Below are positions 45,801-52,255 of a DNA stretch of 52,255 nucleotides, in pieces (within the stretch, counting starts at the first letter, position 1; each line of letters begins with the position of its first letter). Source of the stretch: Marsupella aquatica (Eukaryota > Plantae > Marchantiophyta); NCBI GenBank assembly GCA_973895155.1, contig OZ316893.1:17773481-17825735 (forward strand). The letters are read 5' to 3'. Under the pieces are notes generated by a model. That model was not told the DNA's origin and did not search any database. It saw nothing but the letters and a program-made list of their open reading frames with translations. The position numbers and the translations under genes were made by a program.

Positions 45801-46935
45801 AGCGAAGAAGAAGAGGAGGATTAGATAGGCGTACGGACGTGGGTGTACGGCCTCCAGATTTCCAACATTTTAGTGGGGGGTCACTCATGGGCTTGTTGGG
45901 ATGAGCTCGCGGAGCTGATTCCAACAAGAGGCGGCGCTCCTCAAACGGAGCCAGGATGAGCAAGTTATGGCCTGGAGAACTTATGTTTTTGCGGTACGGA
46001 AACGGCCATAACTCAGGCGTCTGAAGTCCGTTGAGGGAGCGACTTAGTGATTCGGAAGCAGGAAAAGAAGAGCTATCCAGGGGTGAGCTCAGGTGTGCAC
46101 TTGGAAGGGCACCTAGTTTCGGCCATTTTGGGGTGCCTCTCACTTTCAGGGTTCACGTGTACTGTTGGGGCGCCGTCGAAGGCACCGTCGGCCCCCTTGT
46201 TTTGGGTTTAGGGTTTTAGCAGCATGTGTGTGCCGCATGCTCCTCTTCAGTTTAAGGATTTCTCTTAGTGCAAGGTTTTAGCGGCGCCGCTAGGGTAGCC
46301 GCCACCGTTGTGACCCTGTGAGGGGTGCTTTGGTGTGATTTTTCAGTATTTAGGGGGATAGCCCCGAAGTAGTTAGGGGGACTCAGTGTGAAGTTAGCAA
46401 GGAGGGATAGAGTGGAGCCTGAGGAGTTTGAAAGCGTGTTCAGAGTAGTGAGGGGGAGCCATACTCATTGTCCGGAGAGGCAGGAGTTGAGTAGACGGCA
46501 GGAGGCCGGGTTACTCATGCAATGTGTATCGTTTTTCCCAAGAGATATGGATCTGTACATTTGACTTGATGGGCTTTTGTTGTGTGTTCCTTCTCCCTTT
46601 TTCGCTTTCCGAATTGTGTTCTCCCGTTCTATGATTTGAAGAAACTTGCTTGGTTTGAGTCGGCCTTGTGAGTAGGGGTGGTGACAGCACTCTTTGGGTG
46701 ACTCCGAGTGAAGGTGTAGTGGGGTAGTCGGCAGGACTTGATCAAAAGCTGTGGGGTGAGGGTAGTCGGTAGACTTGATCAAAACCTACATTTCCGGGAG
46801 CGGAAACCAAAATACTCATCCTGGTGTGAAAAGAATCCAAATAGCGTCCCTCCACGACCCCGTAATACGATACCAACGGTTTAAGCGAAGAAAAGTGCGG
46901 TTTGCACGTATTAACCGTTGGAGAGGCAAGTGACA
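42862..46935 (+). repeat. 5' LTR, 4074 bp
   Basis: TGTGAC...GTGACA termini. Identity with the solo LTR stops exactly at both termini. Differences noticed: 9040C/43956T and 10781A/45697G. Confidence 0.95.
43968..45824 (+). CDS. Intact 618-aa LTR-encoded protein (second copy)
   Basis: Identical to 9052-10908 apart from one N>S change (GSSNTK vs GSSSTK). Confidence 0.8.
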   Translation: MLDQPEFSASRIRRYKAAYRDYVETRITREREEREVMMSTGLAAGSSPVGRKIFRRIYPKTSTKVMEDCRNIFQATGLTEFMKVEITIPSGKSWDIEAGMEFRTEGIYFECLKRVVPHVELAKLLFLENQKFSFTPRNIRGELTLKMVATWVTNPTSTTAIPLSAVKDVEYKGFLAKVHQRVLGNVQSGVLNEEHFVVAMDIKNYPAHVYGWWCYGLKKLLAAEPGSVKPGGAVHLMGSFVLARAEGLIGSPGHEDTGSSLTTEIRSIATTVLGKLTEESLSAGGEDNREEENQEDDCTLEWLESLVGDPKQPLEYNIPDVYLAELRDFREGVHEGLKLVHALRESLKHATVKVETLEQSILSLKEVIKTKEQTIHEKVRHINAAHVEITNLKGALSTKAKEAEEVGALRQALAKEKQNSGEVMEWRNQVGALRSQVAAFETRAKRSEALSLGKRKSPGTPGSTLSPDVISQAIEMVVKEVSGKYGPLLDGAKKSQEKSKSLEKKLREVRKSLREAQVSTGMPPRSVTPGTPMATGQVLPLELRSGEEATLWKDTIGEGYIKAWQALAALRKRGSSSTKSTPSKKKKSTVALTPVSDEEEDHSRGTSPGTESEEEEED

Positions 46936-46955
46936 TAAGTGTGGTCTTTTGTTTT

Positions 46956-46973
46956 TGGCGCCGCTGCCGGGGA
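46956..46973 (+). promoter_or_regulatory. Primer binding site, tRNA-Asp type
   Basis: TGGCGCCGCTGCCGGGGA, one mismatch from the Athila-type TGGCGCCGTTGCCGGGGA; 20 nt downstream of the LTR end. Confidence 0.85.
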
Positions 46974-47190
46974 ATCCTTCTTCTTGTTTGACGACACGAA
47001 GGAGGGGAGCTACGTCTATTGGGAGTTCAAACCTATCAACCACAACGCAACTTGCGACGGTTGATACGTGAGAAGTTTGTTGGTTACTTTGTTATTGTAC
47101 GTCAACCACAACGCATCGTGCGACGGTTGATGTTTACAAATATTGCTTTCTGAGACATTGGTGTAAGTTTGGAATGCAGGTCTCAATGGG

Positions 47191-50100
47191 ATGCCGAGAG
47201 GGAGAAGGGGAGGTAGAGGAAGTCCCCAACACACACGTACCCCAAGATCAGAGCTAGAAGGGGGGCCCTCTTGGATTGGGACCAGACGACGAGTTGCTGC
47301 CGAAGAACGCTTACGGCTTGCAGAAGAGAGGAGGTTGCCACTGGTGCTGGAAGAACAAGTTGGTGTGCAACAGGAAGAGGCTCAACGTAATGAGGCCATA
47401 TGCCCAGACGAAGAGCCAGACATAGATCACGAGCGAGAAGAAGGAGAGCCCTTTGTGTTGGTGCAGTCTGAGTTACAAAATCTGATCCCAGAGCTCACTG
47501 CATTGCCACAAATCATCTCACACCTATCATCGGTGCTGTTACCGGTGGCCCAACAAGCGCCATTACCACCTGTGTTGATACAGGCACCGGCTGCACCGAT
47601 GGCAGCTGCACAACGTACCCGTGTTCAGTACGTACCCTTCAAGGGGAGACCAAAGGATGATCCAGACGAATGGATTGAGGAGTTTGAAGGGATTGCCGAA
47701 GCTAATGGGGAGTCTGCACATAAGCTCACTATCATTCCTGGAATGATGAGAGGGGAGGCAGGTCCATGGTTCATTTCGTTGTTGGCCAACGTGAAAGCTG
47801 ATTGGGCTCTGTTCAAGCAAGCCTTCTTGAAGGAGTTCAGATCCATAGGAGTGGAGGCCACCTCACTATTAAAGGTGGGCCAACTCAGGATGAAGAAGAA
47901 GGAGTCATTACGGAGGTTTTTGCAAAGGTTCCAAAAGCTGGTACGTCGGATCCAAGCCCGTACCGATGATGCTATGCGTCAAGCCTGGTTTGTGGCTGCC
48001 CTACCAAGCAAGATGGGGTTCTTTGTACGTCAAGCCAAGCCAACCACATTGGCTGAAGCTATTGCAGCAGCGGAGTCATACACCGCAGCTGATGCCACAA
48101 GCAAGCGTTGCCGAAGAAAGAAGCTGAAGCCGGTTGACAGTTCCTCCAGTGAGGAGTCGAGTGGATCTGATTCAGATAGTAGTGATGAATCTGAGGATTC
48201 TGAGAGTACTACAGAGTCAGACACTACGGAGTCAGAAGCTGAAAGACGAAGGAGGAAGAAGAAGAAGTTGTCAAAGAAAGTCAAGAAGTCCTCTCACCGT
48301 GAAGTGATACTACCCACGGTGGCCGTTACACCATTGTCTACGGCAAGACGCCTGAAGGAGCAAGAGGCCAGATATGATGAGCTGACGGAGCAAATGAAAG
48401 CGTTGAAAGTACATTTTGCCGGACTCAAACCTGAGAGGAGAAAAGTTCCGGTGGAGAGAGCCAATGTGTGGTGCACCAAGTGCATGAAGTTTGGTCATGC
48501 CCCGAAGGAGTGCCCAGCGGGAGAACCAGCCAAGGTTTTCCAAGTACGGGAGGAGGATGTTGAGGGGGCAAGCTACTCAAATCCTTCATATGCAGCGGAA
48601 GGGCCAATAGAGTACTTCATGGAGGAGCCACCAGAGGCCAACGTGTATAGTGTACAACCTCTCAACCCGGGACCACGGAGCATTCATGGAGTTTCAACAA
48701 ACGCCGGAGCACCCGCATACTCCAACTATCCCAACGCTAACCCAGGGAATCGACCACCGTACCCTGGAGTGAGGAAGATCCCTATTTGTTACAATTGTAG
48801 AGTGGCGGGCCACTACGCTAATGTGTGCCCAGAGCCCACCCGTCAAGGCAATGGAGATTTTGCCCGGCTGTGTCAACTATGCAAGGGGGAGGGTCATCTT
48901 GCACCACACTGCCCAACCTTGGAGGCGTTCAAGGCTCAACCGATTGGGGCACAAGAGAAGAAGGGGCCGCCACCTCCTCTGAAAGAAGCTAGCGTCAACT
49001 TTCTCACCACGGAAGCAGTCGACACCCCTCTAATCACTAGAAGAGAAGAAACCGTAGTGAACATTCCCAAGCAAAGGATGACCACCATAACGGAGGAGGT
49101 GGTACCGCTAGTCGTTGTAGTATCTCCAGTTGTTGAGATACCGGTGGTTGTTGTTGCAACATCTACGGAAGTTGAAGTTGCTAACCCCTCACCCCCAAGT
49201 CATGAGTGGACTCATGCTGAGAATCTACCGGAGGAAGACAGCGACGAGGAGAGAAGGCATTACTCTTGTTACCGAGTCTCCACTCGATCCGGCAAAAAGA
49301 AGGGCAAGTCCGAGCTCAAGCAGAAGTACAAGGAGGTGCATCAAGCTTCCACATCGGGTACCTCACACGAACCGGAGGTGCCACCCATGGAGGATAGTGA
49401 CTTTGATCGGGACAACCCCAAGTTGTTCTATCCGAAGGTGGGAGAAGAGGTACGTAAGCAGTTGGAGGAGCTAGAAGCACAAGCCATGCAAGCGGCCATT
49501 GACAAAGACATGGAGGAGGCAAAGGCCAGAAAGAAAGCGGAGGAGAGGGTTGTTCGTTGGAAACCGGGAGAAGAGGTCATCCCACCCATACCTCCTGCAA
49601 CCGCGTACAACATTGCTCAAGACATTCTGGATTGCCCAGTCAGTGCCACAATTGGTCAACTATTACGGGATAGCTCCCTATACCGTCGCCAAGTCAAGGA
49701 GATTCTCATGAGGAGGAGACGTAGAAGAAGGTTACCCAAAGTTGGGGCTGACCCCATACAAGTCAACTGGGTCACGGAGGATTTGGGTGCCCCAGAACTC
49801 ACGGTGGACATCAATGGATGTGCAATACGGTTTGTACCGGTGGACGGGGGCTCGGGAGTCAACATCATGACTGAGGAGACGGCAAACCGGTTGGGGTATA
49901 CAGAGTTAGAACCACCGGCACGTGCCATGAGGTTGGCTGATGGTGCACGGGTGGTGCCGTTGGGGTGTCTCACCAAGATTCCAACAATGATTGGGGGAAA
50001 ATCTTTCCCCCTCAACTATTTGGTGATGCGACCCGTTCGGCCGTACGGTTTTCCCATTTTAATTGGCAGGCCATGGTTGTATGTGGCCAAGGTCACAAGT

Positions 50101-52254
50101 GATTGGGGCAAACGGCAGTTTCGGTTTGGTATCCCCACTATCACTATTCCATGGTCAGCGGAGTCACCTCACGGGGAGACTACGACTATGGAGGAGGAAT
50201 ATGATTCAGAGGTCACCTCAGATGAAGACGAGGATGAAGTATACATGGTGAAACTGATTTCTCACCTCACGGAGGAAGATGTTTTTGGCCCCGGAGTTGC
50301 TACTCAAGAGCATGCAGTAGAGGAATCAGTTAGCCAAGTGCACGCTGTTCTAGAAGAGATGGAAGACGAGCGAAGCAAAATTGTGGAGGCTGAACCTCTA
50401 GAGATTCATGATAGGGAGGCAGAGGATCACCCCGAGGAGGTGGAAATGCAAGCCCACACGATCATGTTTGATGATGAGCAAAGAGAGCAGTTTTTGAATG
50501 ACATCCTGGATGATGACTTTAGAGAGGAGCTATTGTCACATTACAAAGAATCTGACGTTGAAGAAATAATGGCCCATGTGACAAAGGATCCACCTCCATC
50601 CCGACCAGACCAGGAGGAGAGTGATGCACCGGTGTATGGAGGGATGAGGCTCGCACGGTTGGAAGAAACCTTTGATGAGGAGACACGCAACAAGTTGGAC
50701 GTGATCAGGCCGGAGCAGTACACAAAGGTGGAAGTGGGTGAGGGCAAGACACTCAACATTGGTAGTAAGTTGGATGCTACGGAGCAACGCACGATTCAGG
50801 AATTGTTGAAAGAGTACCAAGACGTATTTGCGTGGAGCCACCAAGATTTGAAAGGAGTGCCACCTGAGTTTGGTGAGCACAGCATTGACCTGATGTCAGG
50901 AGCACGACCTGTGAGGCAACGCCAATACCGCCTCAACCCCAAATACTCACTCATGGTGAAGGAGGAGATTGACCGTTTGTTGGATGCAGGATTCATTTAT
51001 CCGGTCATGCATAGTGAGTGGGTGTCACCCATCGTAATCGTGCCCAAGAAAAAGGGGCCAGACGGGAAGGTGAAAATACGGGTGTGCCAAGATTTTCGAA
51101 AGTTGAATGATGCGACCAAGAAGGATCACTACCCGCTACCGTTCACGGATATCGTGTTGGACATGGTAGCAGGTTGGGAGATATACAGCTTCTTGGATGG
51201 CTACTCTGGGTACAACCAAATCTGGATACGGGAGGAGGACCAACTCAAGACGGCTTTCACAACAGAGTGGGGGATTTTTGCATTCCGGAGAATGCCTTTT
51301 GGGTTGTGCAATGCCCCTGGCATGTTCCAACGGCTCATGATGAATATATTTCATGACTTTTTACGCAGGTTCTTGGAGATCTTTATTGATGACTTTGCTG
51401 TCTACGGCAAACGAGTCAAGCATCCGGAACACTTACGGTTGACTTTTCAGCGGTGCCGGGAGACTTGCCTGAAGCTGCATCCGGAGAAATGTTTCTTTGG
51501 AATTGAGGAGGGAATCCTATTGGGCCACAAAGTGTCTGCACGAGGGATTGAAGTTGATCGTGAGAAGGTCGCCGTGTGGGTAGCAGTCTCATTTCCCAAG
51601 AATGTGAAGGAAGTGAGAGGGTTCTTGGGGTGTGTTGGCTACTACCGACGCTTCATCAAAGACTTTGCCAAGGTAGCCATGCCACTCACTTCCATGTTGA
51701 AAAAAGGAAGTGAGTTTGAACCTACTCCTTCCCGTCAGGCTGCTTTTGATGAATTGAAGAAACGATTGCTAGAGGCCCCCGTGCTCATTACGCCCAATTG
51801 GAATAAGGAATTCCATGTTTACGTAGACGTATCAGGATTTTGCATCGGTGCCGTTTTGAGTCAGTTAGATGATGATGGAAGAGACCATCCCATCTACTTT
51901 GCCAGTAGGCAGTTGGCCCCGGCAGAGAAAAACTACTCACCCACCGATAGGGAGGCACTTGGTATCATCTACGCTTGTAAGAAGTATCGTCATTATTTGT
52001 TGGGGTACAAGGTTGTGTTCCACACGGATCACAACAGCTTGAAATACATGGTCAACAAGCCAGATCTGTCCGGGAGAATTGCACGTTGGGTTTTGTTGCT
52101 ACAAGAGTTCAACTATGAGGTGAGAGTAAGATCGGGGAAGAGTCATAGCAATGCAGACTTCTTCTCCCGTATTGAGGGAGCATCTGACTCCCAGGAGATT
52201 GATGATCGGTTCCCGGATGAGGAAGTGTTCAGCGTGAATACAGAGGCCACTACT
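47191..52254 (+). CDS. gag-pol: Gag-Pol polyprotein (partial, open to the window end; absent from the ORF track)
   Basis: ATG at 47191; gag FKGRPKDDPDEWIEEFE; three CCHC knuckles (48472, 48787, 48871); protease VDGGSGVNIM (49843); RT FLDGYSGYNQI, MPFGLCNAP, FIDD (51382-51393); RNase H VYVDVSG...DREALG...HTDH...NADFFSR. Confidence 0.95.
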   Translation, partial: MPRGRRGGRGSPQHTRTPRSELEGGPSWIGTRRRVAAEERLRLAEERRLPLVLEEQVGVQQEEAQRNEAICPDEEPDIDHEREEGEPFVLVQSELQNLIPELTALPQIISHLSSVLLPVAQQAPLPPVLIQAPAAPMAAAQRTRVQYVPFKGRPKDDPDEWIEEFEGIAEANGESAHKLTIIPGMMRGEAGPWFISLLANVKADWALFKQAFLKEFRSIGVEATSLLKVGQLRMKKKESLRRFLQRFQKLVRRIQARTDDAMRQAWFVAALPSKMGFFVRQAKPTTLAEAIAAAESYTAADATSKRCRRKKLKPVDSSSSEESSGSDSDSSDESEDSESTTESDTTESEAERRRRKKKKLSKKVKKSSHREVILPTVAVTPLSTARRLKEQEARYDELTEQMKALKVHFAGLKPERRKVPVERANVWCTKCMKFGHAPKECPAGEPAKVFQVREEDVEGASYSNPSYAAEGPIEYFMEEPPEANVYSVQPLNPGPRSIHGVSTNAGAPAYSNYPNANPGNRPPYPGVRKIPICYNCRVAGHYANVCPEPTRQGNGDFARLCQLCKGEGHLAPHCPTLEAFKAQPIGAQEKKGPPPPLKEASVNFLTTEAVDTPLITRREETVVNIPKQRMTTITEEVVPLVVVVSPVVEIPVVVVATSTEVEVANPSPPSHEWTHAENLPEEDSDEERRHYSCYRVSTRSGKKKGKSELKQKYKEVHQASTSGTSHEPEVPPMEDSDFDRDNPKLFYPKVGEEVRKQLEELEAQAMQAAIDKDMEEAKARKKAEERVVRWKPGEEVIPPIPPATAYNIAQDILDCPVSATIGQLLRDSSLYRRQVKEILMRRRRRRRLPKVGADPIQVNWVTEDLGAPELTVDINGCAIRFVPVDGGSGVNIMTEETANRLGYTELEPPARAMRLADGARVVPLGCLTKIPTMIGGKSFPLNYLVMRPVRPYGFPILIGRPWLYVAKVTSDWGKRQFRFGIPTITIPWSAESPHGETTTMEEEYDSEVTSDEDEDEVYMVKLISHLTEEDVFGPGVATQEHAVEESVSQVHAVLEEMEDERSKIVEAEPLEIHDREAEDHPEEVEMQAHTIMFDDEQREQFLNDILDDDFREELLSHYKESDVEEIMAHVTKDPPPSRPDQEESDAPVYGGMRLARLEETFDEETRNKLDVIRPEQYTKVEVGEGKTLNIGSKLDATEQRTIQELLKEYQDVFAWSHQDLKGVPPEFGEHSIDLMSGARPVRQRQYRLNPKYSLMVKEEIDRLLDAGFIYPVMHSEWVSPIVIVPKKKGPDGKVKIRVCQDFRKLNDATKKDHYPLPFTDIVLDMVAGWEIYSFLDGYSGYNQIWIREEDQLKTAFTTEWGIFAFRRMPFGLCNAPGMFQRLMMNIFHDFLRRFLEIFIDDFAVYGKRVKHPEHLRLTFQRCRETCLKLHPEKCFFGIEEGILLGHKVSARGIEVDREKVAVWVAVSFPKNVKEVRGFLGCVGYYRRFIKDFAKVAMPLTSMLKKGSEFEPTPSRQAAFDELKKRLLEAPVLITPNWNKEFHVYVDVSGFCIGAVLSQLDDDGRDHPIYFASRQLAPAEKNYSPTDREALGIIYACKKYRHYLLGYKVVFHTDHNSLKYMVNKPDLSGRIARWVLLLQEFNYEVRVRSGKSHSNADFFSRIEGASDSQEIDDRFPDEEVFSVNTEATT

Positions 52255-52255
52255 T

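Larger units (their letters stand above)
42862..52255 (+). mobile_element. Young Ty3/Gypsy LTR retrotransposon (non-chromovirus-like), truncated by the window end
   Basis: 5' LTR, tRNA-Asp-type PBS, single gag-PR-RT-RNaseH frame. Left flank CCAAC (42857-42861) is the predicted TSD. Confidence 0.95.

Noticed and set aside
7946-46935. The two 4074-bp repeats as the 5' and 3' LTRs of one 39-kb element
   Set aside because: The first has its own TSD on both sides and no PBS; the second is followed by PBS and gag-pol, so it is a 5' LTR. The outer flanks do not match.
47563-51356. Short ORFs listed on the minus strand and alternative frames
   Set aside because: Shadows of the gag-pol frame; the same applies to ORFs antisense to the 618-aa and 1220-aa genes.

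Overview
Eukaryotic, probably non-seed land plant, heterochromatin-like window made almost entirely of nested transposons; no host gene was recognised (host identity is inferred from the tRNA-Asp PBS, CACTA/MULE content and AAACCCTA motifs). Two layers stand out. (1) Two diverged Mutator-like (MULE) DNA transposons are nested one in the other: outer ~4016(or earlier)-41966, inner 19184-40300. Each has a minus-strand transposase (SWIM finger in both; GCM-like finger and DDE only in the inner) and a divergently oriented, intron-containing gene with a ParB/Srx-like DGNHR domain and a C-terminal N6/N4 DNA-methyltransferase-like fold. Each element is also dotted with its own palindrome: 23-bp ATCTCGGCGAGnCTCGCCGAGAT (outer) and 15-bp TAGCGCCnGGCGCTA (inner). 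(2) There are several very long (4.1-5.4 kb) TG...CA LTR-type units that each carry a large ORF inside the unit. A young Ty3/Gypsy element starts at 42862 (4074-bp 5' LTR with an intact 618-aa ORF, PBS, gag-pol running off the window). A near-identical solo LTR lies at 7946-12019 with a 5-bp TSD. Two nested solo-LTR-like units lie at 22215-32279 and 23947-28606, the latter with an intact 1220-aa ORF. A partial decayed relative lies at 1-2744. A CACTA 3' end, a MULE-type MITE and several tandem arrays complete the window. All domain assignments come from reading motifs by eye, not from database searches.
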